A DNA stretch of 64,000 bases from an uncultured Eubacteriales bacterium. GTDB lineage: Bacteria > Bacillota > Clostridia > Peptostreptococcales > Anaerovoracaceae. The position numbers and the translations under genes are program-made. Positions within the stretch are counted from its first letter, which is position 1, and each line of letters begins with the position of its first letter. The stretch spans positions 7,165-71,164 of the forward strand of contig ONAY01000002.1 in the NCBI GenBank assembly GCA_900315895.1, written 5' to 3'. The notes beneath the pieces were generated by a model that made no database searches, was not told where the DNA came from, and saw nothing but the letters and a program-made list of their open reading frames with translations. Positions 29,601-38,272 of this stretch are shown here, piece after piece.

Positions 29601-30235
29601 GCCTTCTCGCTGTCCTCCTTAAGTCCTCCGATGCGGCTCTCGATCTCATAGATAATGTCATTTAATCTGTCCAGATTAACATTGGCCTTGTCCAGCTTGT
29701 TCTCAGCCTCACGCTTTCTGGATTTGTACATGACAACGCCTGCAGACTCTTCCAGGATCTCTCTTCTCTCCTCAGGCTTGCCTTCGATGATGTTCTGGAC
29801 CTTGCCCTGGCCGATGATGGAATAACCGTCAACGCCGATACCTGTGTCCATGATGAGCTCACGAACGTCTCTAAGTCTGCACTGATTGTTGTTTATGAGA
29901 TATTCAGACTCCCCTGAACGGTACATTCTTCTGGTGATGGCCACTTCATTGTAGTCTGTGGGAAGTATTCCCTGAGAGTTATCTATGACGAGAGTGACCT
30001 CCGCCATTCCTCTGGACTTTCTGGAAGCGGTCCCGTTGAAGATGACCTCCTCCATCTTGCCGCCTCTCAGCATTCTGGGGCTCTGCTCTCCAAGGACCCA
30101 TCTTATGGCGTCACTTATGTTGGATTTACCTGAACCGTTGGGTCCGACGATACAGGTAACTCCCGGATGGAAGTCTACCACCACCGGTTCCGCAAAAGAT
30201 TTAAATCCCTGTATCTCTATTCGTTTAAAATACAT
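26687..30235 (-). CDS. smc: Chromosome segregation protein SMC
   Basis: MYFKRIEIQGFKSF, Walker A GPNGSGKSNISDA, long coiled coils, hinge, signature LSGGEKSMTAIAL, Walker B FCILDEVEAALD. Start set to the ATG at 30235. Confidence 0.98.
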   Translation of the reverse strand: MYFKRIEIQGFKSFAEPVVVDFHPGVTCIVGPNGSGKSNISDAIRWVLGEQSPRMLRGGKMEEVIFNGTASRKSRGMAEVTLVIDNSQGILPTDYNEVAITRRMYRSGESEYLINNNQCRLRDVRELIMDTGIGVDGYSIIGQGKVQNIIEGKPEERREILEESAGVVMYKSRKREAENKLDKANVNLDRLNDIIYEIESRIGGLKEDSEKAKEALEIRAKKKDLDINIALHNIDRLNAQGSTSEEDAEALKEDIEKHKADKAGLDEKIEEERLKNEKLQALGDKAREELLSIVNKLNDIKNKTQMDETRLSAMDSDVERLTAEIEALNTRLEKEMTSNEEKENTLFGMEEDLTKATKALEAEIDGYNKIMSVSISKQQSLEDIKNEILELSRKASGLRSESRSFGSMKETLLKRQELLLSDSQEVSTSSSDTEDEIKEAEALKEANDRDGNLLLEKLSQADSKVRELDSDLENLEGSIGDLKIKRSQLTARKKALEEMEASYEGYGGAVKFIMNGSGHGLRGTVAELIDVPKGFETAIETALGSGISNIVCEKDQDAKNAIRRLKEASAGRITFLPMESVKGTRAHLENAVEKANGFEGLASEIVTFNPEYRGVMDYLLGRTAVVKDLDTAVRLSKIAGRGFRFVTLEGDVVNASGAITGGKYRTKTMNILSRRTEIAGLGDEITAIDRDLEIKESKRISTRQEIQDIQSGRRSFEQELEVLKAKDVELQARLAALRESLKNASEAKEKRLMELASIEEELKNTAEMETNSARSAEEIEQKIRDMESSSDDLLKEIEETSSKVTDANTAITNARIRRTEIENKIDALNGLLEISQDNIDDLTEQIDRKQDELDAIMEKRDRLLYGSDDSEDKFNVLSDKKTGLESYIAEIDKDKAEALASVKEMTQELNLKVEELNQLIAQKQQQEIRMARNDAQLEALKQKLLDDHEITYAQALNFKIEDFHYSQAVKETREMKVRLDEIGDFDPASIEEYQKVSERYEFMLDQRKDITAAMDELNSIIRDMDKIIKERFRNNFDQVEKNFEEIFTEMFGGGTATITMDNEDDPLNSGIEIIAQPPGKKLQNINLLSGGEKSMTAIALMFAVLKTKPTPFCILDEVEAALDDMNIDRFADYLKNFHDIQFVVVTHQKATMEHADVLYGVTMPEQGVSRVISLRLGSDFEL

Positions 30236-30932
30236 CTTTTCCCTCTTTAAGCCTTTCAAGTGCGTCCTTTGCCGCATCCTGGCCGGCGGATTTTTTGCTC
30301 TTGCCGGAGCCTTTGCCAACAGGCTTTCCGTCAAGTTCTATGTGCACATGGAAGGTCCTGTCGTGTGCAGGGCCTTCAAAACTGTCCACCACGTACTTGA
30401 TATCAGTTACGCAGCCTTTTCTCTGAACAGTTTCCTGAAATTCTGACTTATAGTCAGTGAAAAGTTCCCCTTTAACTGCCTGTTTCAGGATCTCATCCAG
30501 TACATCCAGAATGACCCTTCTGGCATTATCGTAGCCACCGTCCATGAATACCGCACCGAACACTGCCTCCATTGCATCTGCAATGATCGAAGGCTTCTCA
30601 GAGCCTCCGGACTGGGACTCTCCGACTCCAAGCCTTATGGCCCCGTTCAGTCCGAGACGCTTTCCGCAGACGTCCAACGATCTCTCGCAGACCGCAAGAG
30701 CCCTTGTCTTCGTGAGCTTCCCTTCAGGCTGGCCCTCCAGTATCCTGTAAAGTTCCTCTCCTACCACGCAGTCCAGAACTGCGTCTCCTACAAACTCGAG
30801 CCTCTCATTGTCATCACATATTCCTTCGTTCTCTTTTCTGTAGGAACTGTGGGTAAGAGCTGTGATGAGAAGCGATCTGTTATGGAATCGATAGTCTATC
30901 TTTTTTTCGATATCTTCCGGTGTCGTAATCAT
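30225..30932 (-). CDS. rnc: Ribonuclease III
   Basis: NERLEFVGDAVLD signature and C-terminal dsRBD (GPAHDRTFHVHIELDGKPVGKGSGKSKKSAGQDAAKDAL). Confidence 0.96.
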   Translation of the reverse strand: MITTPEDIEKKIDYRFHNRSLLITALTHSSYRKENEGICDDNERLEFVGDAVLDCVVGEELYRILEGQPEGKLTKTRALAVCERSLDVCGKRLGLNGAIRLGVGESQSGGSEKPSIIADAMEAVFGAVFMDGGYDNARRVILDVLDEILKQAVKGELFTDYKSEFQETVQRKGCVTDIKYVVDSFEGPAHDRTFHVHIELDGKPVGKGSGKSKKSAGQDAAKDALERLKEGKDVF

Positions 30933-31930
30933 TTAATATCCTGAATTGATTGCTGGATTATGCTTATAACGTCCTCGTCCACGAAGTCGATGGCCTTCAG
31001 TATGGTGGACCTGACTCCCTTGGCGCTGGATGAACCATGCATCTTGACGATGGGTTTCTTTACTCCGAGGATCGGGGCTCCGCCGTACTCAGCATAGTCG
31101 AATTCCTTCTTAAGTTCCATGAGCTTGTCCACGAGAAGAAGTGAACCCATTCTTGCGTGAAGGCCCTTGGTGAATTTCTTTTTGATGGTCTTAAAGGTGT
31201 TCCAGGCCATGCCCTCAGTAAGTTTAAGTATGATGTTTCCCGTAAAGCCGTCGGTCACGATAACATCCACTTTTCCCTTGGGAACATCTCTGGCCTCGAT
31301 ATTGCCTTTAAAGTTAAGGTCAGAGTTCACGAGAAGATCGTAGGCTTCCTTGGTGAGAAGGTTTCCTTTTTCCTTTTCCTCTCCGATGTTCACAAGAGCC
31401 ACTGTGGGGTTCTCTCTCTCCAAAACGTTTTCCATATAGATGGATGACATCATGGCGAATTCCACAAGGTTTCTCGGCTTGCATTCGGCATTGGCACCTG
31501 CATCGCAGAGCAAGGAAGGTCTGCTGCCAAGCACCGGATAGATGGTGCAGATGGCGGGACGGTCAATACCGTGGATCCTTCCAACGATCAGAAGTCCTCC
31601 TACAAGAAGTGCCCCTGTGGAACCGGCAGAGATGAATACGTCCCCCTCACCGTCCTTAAGCATATTCATGCCGATTACGATGCTGGATTCCTTCTTCCTT
31701 CTGACGGCCAGTGCCGGAGCCTCATTGTTGGTGATGCTCTCTCCTGCGTTAACAAAAGAAATGTTCTCCACCGGGTGCCTGCCCTGATATTTTGCCACAC
31801 AATTTCTGAGAGTCTCTTCATCTCCCACAAGAATTATCTCGTGTTCGATCTCTCTTGCGGCCAGCACTGCTCCTTCGCAAATAGCCTCAGGTGCATTGTC
31901 TCCGCCCATTCCGTCTATTATGATCTTCAT
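30929..31930 (-). CDS. plsX: Phosphate acyltransferase PlsX
   Basis: MKIIIDGMGGDNAP, GSTGALL, TDGFTGNI. Start set to the ATG at 31930; ATGA overlap with rnc. Confidence 0.95.
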   Translation of the reverse strand: MKIIIDGMGGDNAPEAICEGAVLAAREIEHEIILVGDEETLRNCVAKYQGRHPVENISFVNAGESITNNEAPALAVRRKKESSIVIGMNMLKDGEGDVFISAGSTGALLVGGLLIVGRIHGIDRPAICTIYPVLGSRPSLLCDAGANAECKPRNLVEFAMMSSIYMENVLERENPTVALVNIGEEKEKGNLLTKEAYDLLVNSDLNFKGNIEARDVPKGKVDVIVTDGFTGNIILKLTEGMAWNTFKTIKKKFTKGLHARMGSLLLVDKLMELKKEFDYAEYGGAPILGVKKPIVKMHGSSSAKGVRSTILKAIDFVDEDVISIIQQSIQDIK

Positions 31931-31984
31931 GAGTTTTCCTTTCATGTTCAAAACATATTTATACAGAATATATTCTACCACAAA

Positions 31985-32014
31985 AAGCACAAAAAAGCCA
32001 CTATGAAATGGCTT
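31985..32014 (-). terminator. Intrinsic terminator after the Na/Pi transporter gene
   Basis: AAGCCAUUUCAUAGUGGCUU hairpin followed by UUUUUGUGCUUUUUG. Confidence 0.5.
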
Positions 32015-32042
32015 TTCGGTACAAAATATTGTGGTTACGGCT

Positions 32043-33896
32043 TTAGGTGAAGCTTAGCTGTTCAGGGCTGTCTTTAGGTGAACCGTCTTTTGTAAAAGGA
32101 AGATCGTTCAACGCTCCGAAATACTTGGAATAGTGTACCTTGTATGCGTCCTGATACTCCTGATTTCCCGAATGATGCAGCTCGTGGATATAGTCGTGTT
32201 CGTTGCCTATGACTTCCGGATCTGAAAGCTGCAGGATATAGATGGCCAGATCTGAACACATATCCGAAATATGCTCCAGATTCTGAAGTATAGCCTGATA
32301 CTGAATGCCCGTAACAGGATCGCAAATGTTATTCATCATCCTGTATACGTGTCTGGAGTTAAGGGTCTCCACAAGGTCGTCTATGACCTCTTCGAAGGGC
32401 TCCACCTGTCTCGCAAGATCAGCGTCATTTTCCTTGTATGCCTTCTGGGTCAGGTCAAGGATCTCATAAATGGCGTCCACAGCCAGTCTGAGCTCAGTCT
32501 TGGCATAATCTGTGAGCTGCTCGTTGTTGTCCCTCATTATGTCCACAGCCTCAGTGATGTTCACAGCCAAGTCCCCTATCCTCTCGAAACATCTGAGAGC
32601 CTTTATCTGGAAGTTCTGGTTACGGTTATCACGGTCACGCACCACGTATGGAGAAATTGAGACAACATACTCGTTGGCCCGGTCGATGACCCTGTCAAGC
32701 AGGATCTCTCTCTGATTGATCCTGTCATCTCTGGAAGCATCGTATTCATAGATCTGTTTAACACAGGCGTCATAGTTGTGAAGCGCGATATCACTCATGT
32801 GCCCTATGAGGTGAGCCACCTGAGAAAGGGCGAGAACGGGAGATGTGATAAGCAATGGATCCAGCTCGTTTAAGGCCTGCTCGATCTCAATATCCTCCTG
32901 CTCCTTCGGAACATCGGGAATGAGCTTCTCGGCAACTGATGCAAACACTCCGGAGAACGGCAGGAATATCACAGCGGGGATCAGTCTGAAGATACCGTGG
33001 ATGTTAGCTACGCCACCTGAATTAAGGGGCATGGTCCAAAGTTCATCAGAGATCACACCTGTCGCCCTTAAGATCGCAAGCACCACGATTATAAGGGCCG
33101 CAGCAAAGATGTTGTACAGTACGTGAACCGTGGCTGTTCTTTTTTGCTCCGGGTTGGCTCCTATGTGGCACACGATGTATGTGGTGAGACAGTCTCCTAT
33201 GTTAACACCGATGATAACTGCAAATATCCCGCAGAATTCAACTCCAAGGGATGAGGCAATGGTCTGAATGATACCTACTACTGCAGATGATGACTGGATG
33301 ACGGCGGTAACGCCTACGCCTGCGAGGAATTGCAGGAAGTAATTATTCTCAAAAGAAACGAGCAGCCCCGACATCTTATCAGAAAATGCCGCAACGGCGC
33401 CCGACATGTAGATCAGTCCCATGAAGAGGACTCCAAAACCACAGGCGATATTTCCCATGTTTTTGTGAGATCCTCTCCTTGAGAACATTATGAGTACTAT
33501 TCCGATGATGAGGGCAAGGGGCGCCAGATTGTCAGCCTTGAAGAAGTAGAATATGCTGTCTTCGGCAGACTTTAAGTCCATCAATCTGATGATCTGAGCC
33601 GTAATGGCAGTTCCGACGTTGGCGCCCAGAACTATACCGATGGATTGTCTGAATGTAAGAAAACCTGCGCCTACCAGACCCACCGTAAGAACTATGGTGG
33701 CGGTTGAACTCTGTATAACACAGGTGACAAGCACTCCCAGCAAAAAACTCATTGCCGGCTTATTAGTCACCTTCGATAAGGCTTCCTTCATTGCTCCTCC
33801 GGAGCTGGCCTTAAGACCATCCCCCATGACTTTCATGCCATAGAGGAACATGGACAGGCCGCCCAGAAGGGCTACAATTCTGTAAAAAATCACCAT
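32043..33896 (-). CDS. Na+/phosphate cotransporter family protein with PhoU-like C-terminal domain
   Basis: Duplicated Na_Pi_cotrans repeats (IQSSTATIV / IQSSSAVVGI), soluble helical PhoU-like C-terminal half. Confidence 0.88.
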   Translation of the reverse strand: MVIFYRIVALLGGLSMFLYGMKVMGDGLKASSGGAMKEALSKVTNKPAMSFLLGVLVTCVIQSSTATIVLTVGLVGAGFLTFRQSIGIVLGANVGTAITAQIIRLMDLKSAEDSIFYFFKADNLAPLALIIGIVLIMFSRRGSHKNMGNIACGFGVLFMGLIYMSGAVAAFSDKMSGLLVSFENNYFLQFLAGVGVTAVIQSSSAVVGIIQTIASSLGVEFCGIFAVIIGVNIGDCLTTYIVCHIGANPEQKRTATVHVLYNIFAAALIIVVLAILRATGVISDELWTMPLNSGGVANIHGIFRLIPAVIFLPFSGVFASVAEKLIPDVPKEQEDIEIEQALNELDPLLITSPVLALSQVAHLIGHMSDIALHNYDACVKQIYEYDASRDDRINQREILLDRVIDRANEYVVSISPYVVRDRDNRNQNFQIKALRCFERIGDLAVNITEAVDIMRDNNEQLTDYAKTELRLAVDAIYEILDLTQKAYKENDADLARQVEPFEEVIDDLVETLNSRHVYRMMNNICDPVTGIQYQAILQNLEHISDMCSDLAIYILQLSDPEVIGNEHDYIHELHHSGNQEYQDAYKVHYSKYFGALNDLPFTKDGSPKDSPEQLSFT

Positions 33897-33923
33897 CGGT
33901 AAGATCTCCCTGAATCCCTAAAC

Positions 33924-35174
33924 CTATTTGTCTTTATATTCTTCTCTGAGTTCCTTGATGATCTCGTCGATCCTTCTGACTGCCTTTCTGAAGTCCTCTG
34001 CTTCATATCCTCTGGTAGTCATAGCAGCTGTTCCGATCCTGACGCCGGAGGTCTGCATGGGCGAACGCTTCTCGTTGGGAACGCAGTTCTTGTTGAGAGT
34101 GATTCCTCTCTCGTCACATCTCTCCTGAAGGACTTTGCCGCTGAAGGGCTCGTCTGACAGGTCGAGAAGGATCAGATGGTTGTCTGTTCCGCCGGTAACT
34201 ACCTTGTAACCAAGCTTCAGGAATTCATCGCAGAGAGCTGCGCAGTTCTCAACTACCTTCTTCGCATAGTCCTTGAATTCGGGACGAAGTGCTTCCTCAG
34301 CGCAGACTGCCTTGGCAGCGATGATGTGCTCCAGGGGACCGCCCTGTGCATAGGGGAATACTGCGGAGTCAACTCTCTTGTGGAGCGGCTTGCCGTCTAC
34401 TTCGATGGGCTTAGCAAAAATAAGTCCTCCTCTGGGTCCTCTGAGAGTCTTGTGAGTGGTGGTGGTCACGATATCAGCATATCCGAAGGGAGAAGGATGA
34501 ACTCCGCCTGCAACCAGACCTGCGATGTGAGCCATGTCTACCATGAAGTATGCACCGACTTCCTTTGCGATCTCGCTGAAAGCCTTGAAGTCGATGATCC
34601 TGGAATATGCAGAAGCACCTGTAAGGATGAGCTTGGGGTGGCACTCCAGAGCCTTCTGTCTTACGCTCTCCATGTCGATATATCCGTCATCGTTTACATC
34701 GTAGAACTCCATGTGATAGAGATTTCCGCTGAAGTTGACGCTGGAACCATGAGTAAGGTGTCCGCCGTGGTCAAGGTCAAAGCTTAAGATCGTATCGCCA
34801 ACGTTGAGCAGAGCCTTGTAAGCAGCGAAGTTTGCCTGTGAACCGGAGTGGGGCTGTACGTTTACATGATAATCGGTATTGAATACCTTCTGCCAAACTT
34901 CACAGCAATACTGTTCAATCTGGTCTACTATCTCGCATCCGCCATAATATCTGCCATTGTTTCCTGTAGGTCTTCCCGAAGGATATCCTTCAGCATATTT
35001 CCATGAAAGGCAGCTTCCGCAAGCGGCCAGAACGGCTTCAGAGCAGTAGTTCTCGGAGGCGATGAGCTCGATGTTATTGCTCTGTCTTTCGAACTCCTTC
35101 TGAATAAGTCCGCCGACTATTGGAGAAGTCTTCTGAATAAGTTCATAATTTGCGCGATTGTATTCGTCGTACAT
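33924..35174 (-). CDS. glyA: Serine hydroxymethyltransferase
   Basis: ELIASENY, PLP-Lys motif VTTTTHKTLRGPRGG. Confidence 0.98.
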   Translation of the reverse strand: MYDEYNRANYELIQKTSPIVGGLIQKEFERQSNNIELIASENYCSEAVLAACGSCLSWKYAEGYPSGRPTGNNGRYYGGCEIVDQIEQYCCEVWQKVFNTDYHVNVQPHSGSQANFAAYKALLNVGDTILSFDLDHGGHLTHGSSVNFSGNLYHMEFYDVNDDGYIDMESVRQKALECHPKLILTGASAYSRIIDFKAFSEIAKEVGAYFMVDMAHIAGLVAGGVHPSPFGYADIVTTTTHKTLRGPRGGLIFAKPIEVDGKPLHKRVDSAVFPYAQGGPLEHIIAAKAVCAEEALRPEFKDYAKKVVENCAALCDEFLKLGYKVVTGGTDNHLILLDLSDEPFSGKVLQERCDERGITLNKNCVPNEKRSPMQTSGVRIGTAAMTTRGYEAEDFRKAVRRIDEIIKELREEYKDK

Positions 35175-35256
35175 GATTCGATCCTTTCCTTTCTGAATCT
35201 TAGATCAATATATTCATGATTTTTTGCACAGCAAAAAACCACATCTAGACACTTTA

Positions 35257-35284
35257 ATTATATTACTCTGGATTAAAAAATCAA
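35257..35284 (-). promoter_or_regulatory. Candidate glyA promoter
   Basis: Minus strand TTGATT-16 nt-TATAAT, about 80 nt upstream of the glyA ATG. Confidence 0.4.
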
Positions 35285-35292
35285 GGGAAACA

Positions 35293-35733
35293 CTAAAGAT
35301 CGATCTTCATGATCTTGGGGAAACACTTATCCCCTTTCTGGCTGCAGAGCCCACAGTTAAAGAGATGATCAGCCTCGTTTCCTGTCACCTCTTCGAACCC
35401 GACCTTCAGGAAAAATTCAGGTGCCTTGGCTGCAAGGTAGATCCTTTTGCCGTCCATCTTTCTGACTTCGGTGATCAGTTTATTTACCATGATCCTTCCA
35501 ATGCCGGACTTTCTTAAAGGTGCATCTACTGCGATCCCGTTAAGAATATATTCTCCCTGCCTCTTGGAAAGGATGATCCCGCCTGTGAGGTAGTCCGGTT
35601 CCTGGACCACCTTCCAGCATTTGATCACCTGGTTGCCCAAAAGTTCATCATCTCCGAACTCCAGACCGAAACGAGTCATGAATTCAGTAAGTCTCTGGTA
35701 TTCGTCTGTTTCTTTAAGTACGAATCTAAGCAT
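35293..35733 (-). CDS. GNAT-family N-acetyltransferase
   Basis: Acetyl-CoA motif A LRKSGIGRIMVNKL; C-terminal Cys cluster CGLCSQKGDKC. ATG at 35733 (ATGCTTAG overlap with the upstream stop) preferred over GTG at 35745. Confidence 0.75.
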   Translation of the reverse strand: MLRFVLKETDEYQRLTEFMTRFGLEFGDDELLGNQVIKCWKVVQEPDYLTGGIILSKRQGEYILNGIAVDAPLRKSGIGRIMVNKLITEVRKMDGKRIYLAAKAPEFFLKVGFEEVTGNEADHLFNCGLCSQKGDKCFPKIMKIDL

Positions 35734-36994
35734 TTTTTGCACCACCCGATCTGATCTTCAAGTAATACCTGTAGATTATGGCCGTAAATACCAAGCCTAT
35801 GGAAATAGCGACAGCTATGCCTAAAGCAAGTCTTCCGTATCCGAAAGCTTCAGAATAGTCTGCATCCAAGAGCCTCTCCACGAAATAGTACAGAGCGGAG
35901 CCCGGTACCATTACGATGGATGCCGAAGTGATGAAAATAGTGGCGGGAGCCTTGTTCTTCTTGGCCATTATCTCCGAATAGAATCCAATGAACATGGCAG
36001 CGATAACAGTTGGGAAGAAGTACTCCCCTGTCATTTCATGGAGCAAAAGATATATGGTCCAGGTTATGGCTCCTCCGATACCGCCCATTATAGACTGTCT
36101 TCTGGAGGTGTTTATCATAAGAGCATATCCAAGAGTACCCATAAAAGCCATGAGCACCTGCACTATATAAAGATACATGCCGGTCCTCTCACCGAAGGAA
36201 AGTATGGGTATGGATACCTCTAACGAAAACAATCTGGCGAAGAATCTGGTTAGAGCCAGCGGCGGCGCCATACCAAGACCGATGGCACCGGCTGTCACCA
36301 GCGCATTGAGAAGTCTCACGCTTCCGGTGGCTATATCCCCCAGAAGCATGTCTCGCACTGAATTGGTCAGTGCCAGTCCCGGGATCAACAGCATTATCTG
36401 ACCTATTAAGATATAGTTCATATTGGCAAGACCACCGGAAAACAGTATGATTGTGATCATGCCTGAAATGAATGCCGTAGTAAAGGTCAGAGCCAACTGA
36501 TTCTCGTTGAACTTTCTGAGATAGCGCTGAAGGAATACGATTATAGCCCCTATGACGAAGGCACAGAATCCATCGAAGAATGAGCCTCCGAAGAAGACTG
36601 TGAAGGTGCCGGACACAAGGGCGGCGCTTAAATATTTCACAACAAGAGAATGCTGAGGTCTGTTCATAACCTCTAAATACCTGGAACGCATCTCCTCCAG
36701 GCCGGGCTTATGTTCGCAGATGTATCTGGAAAGATCGTTCAGATAGTCCAGCCTGTCAAAGTTCGTATCGCTTCTCTTGATGCGCCTTATCTGAGTGATG
36801 ATATTGCCGTCAGGATCCTCAAAGGTGGTCTGAATATTGGTGGTTATGATGAAAACGTTGACTCTCTCAAAGGGACAGTCATAGGCAGAGATCATCCTTT
36901 CGATGCTGTCCTCCACCCTGTTGACCTCAGCTCCGGCCACCAGCATCTCTTCAGCTATATCTAGAACTGTTTGTAGAAGTTTACTGTAATCCAT
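35726..36994 (-). CDS. Threonine/serine exporter family (ThrE; fused DUF1212 + DUF3815) membrane protein
   Basis: Soluble N-terminal region followed by about 10 TM helices; architecture and length fit fused ThrE family proteins. Confidence 0.75.
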   Translation of the reverse strand: MDYSKLLQTVLDIAEEMLVAGAEVNRVEDSIERMISAYDCPFERVNVFIITTNIQTTFEDPDGNIITQIRRIKRSDTNFDRLDYLNDLSRYICEHKPGLEEMRSRYLEVMNRPQHSLVVKYLSAALVSGTFTVFFGGSFFDGFCAFVIGAIIVFLQRYLRKFNENQLALTFTTAFISGMITIILFSGGLANMNYILIGQIMLLIPGLALTNSVRDMLLGDIATGSVRLLNALVTAGAIGLGMAPPLALTRFFARLFSLEVSIPILSFGERTGMYLYIVQVLMAFMGTLGYALMINTSRRQSIMGGIGGAITWTIYLLLHEMTGEYFFPTVIAAMFIGFYSEIMAKKNKAPATIFITSASIVMVPGSALYYFVERLLDADYSEAFGYGRLALGIAVAISIGLVFTAIIYRYYLKIRSGGAKNA

Positions 36995-38272
36995 TTATAT
37001 CAACCTGGCTCTCAGATGTCCGATAAGGTAAAGCGAGCCGGCGCAAACTAAACAATCATAGTCTTTTAAAACCTTTAAGGCTTCTTCAAGGGCTGTATCC
37101 GGGTCGGCGAATGCCATAGCTTTGCCCCCAAGTCCCTCTATTTCAGCTTTCAGTTCATCTGAACTGAGCTTTCTGGGATTATCGGGCTCAGTTACCACGA
37201 AATCAGAAGTTACTGCCAGAAACTGTTTAAGTATACCCTCTCTGTCCTTATCCTTGAGCATCCCTGTGAGCATCAGTATCCGCTTGCCATTTATAAGTTT
37301 ATGGCAGGTCTCCTTAAGAGTCCTGGCTCCGTCAGGATTATGGGCCCCGTCAATGATCACCAGAGGTTCTCTTCTCATGATCTCGAACCTTCCGATCTGT
37401 ATTGCTTTCTTAAGCCCTGCATATATGGCATCAGGACCTATCTCGATGTCGTGATGGTCCTGTAGTACTTCTATGGCCTTAAGGGCGCATACGGCGTTCT
37501 CCACCTGGTGTTCACCCTTCATGGATATCTCCAGCCCATAATAGGTGTTTCCTGGTGTAGCATCGAATTTTGTGCCTTCCAGGGTCTCTTCAATGATCCT
37601 GACTTCTGTATCTTTTGTCTCAAAATACTCAGACCCGGTGTCCTCTGCTTTCTTGCGGAACACTTGAAGGGCCTCTTCCGCTCTGGAAGATGTGACCACG
37701 GGGCAGTTATCCTTGATGATCCCTGCCTTATTGTAGGCGATCTCCGCCAGGGTATTACCCAGTCTGTCAGTGTGATCGAAGGATATGGAAGTGATCACCG
37801 AACAAAGGGGATCCTTGATTATATTTGTGGAATCTCCTATACCGCCCAGTCCCACTTCAAGGACAACGAAGTCCGCGTTCTTCTCCTTGAAATACAAAAA
37901 TGCAACTGCGGTGATGACCTCGAATTCTGTTGGAGAATCCTCTCCCCTGTCGGTAAGGATCTTCACCTTGTCCAGGACCATATCTGTATATTTTGCGAGA
38001 TCTTCGTCGGATATATAGCTGTGATCGAACTCTATCCTCTCATTGAAGACCGTAAGATAAGGTGAAGTATAGAGTCCCACCTTATATCCCTGGGCCTCAA
38101 GGACCTCATAGATGTATTTGCACACTGAGCCTTTGCCGTTGGTACCTGCAACGTGGATGTACTTCAGTCCGTCCTGGGGATCTCCCAGTTCCTTCATGAG
38201 AGAAGTCATCCTCTCCAGGCCCAGTATGCTGCCGAATCTTTCAAATTCATGAATCTTGGAAACTGCGTCCAT
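36995..38272 (-). CDS. folC: Folylpolyglutamate synthase/dihydrofolate synthase
   Basis: Mur-ligase-type P-loop HVAGTNGKGSV, DGAHNPDG; conserved valS-folC order (TAATG overlap). Confidence 0.93.
   Translation of the reverse strand: MDAVSKIHEFERFGSILGLERMTSLMKELGDPQDGLKYIHVAGTNGKGSVCKYIYEVLEAQGYKVGLYTSPYLTVFNERIEFDHSYISDEDLAKYTDMVLDKVKILTDRGEDSPTEFEVITAVAFLYFKEKNADFVVLEVGLGGIGDSTNIIKDPLCSVITSISFDHTDRLGNTLAEIAYNKAGIIKDNCPVVTSSRAEEALQVFRKKAEDTGSEYFETKDTEVRIIEETLEGTKFDATPGNTYYGLEISMKGEHQVENAVCALKAIEVLQDHHDIEIGPDAIYAGLKKAIQIGRFEIMRREPLVIIDGAHNPDGARTLKETCHKLINGKRILMLTGMLKDKDREGILKQFLAVTSDFVVTEPDNPRKLSSDELKAEIEGLGGKAMAFADPDTALEEALKVLKDYDCLVCAGSLYLIGHLRARLI

Noticed and set aside
30236-30334. N-terminal extensions suggested by the ORF track (SMC here; also Der 25778-25873, PlsX 31931-31990, RbgA 43249-43323, GRE 56955-56990, L21 5430-5510, pilin 62969-63025, aminotransferase 52305-52364)
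   Set aside because: The extensions overlap upstream genes or promoters and lack an RBS. The conserved family N-termini begin at internal ATGs that do have Shine-Dalgarno sequences.
35293-35733. Assigning the GNAT to ArsN2 or another specific acetyltransferase because of the C-terminal CGLCSQKGDKC cluster
   Set aside because: There is only a generic acetyl-CoA motif plus a Cys cluster, and no arsenic or other informative context. I kept it as a generic GNAT.
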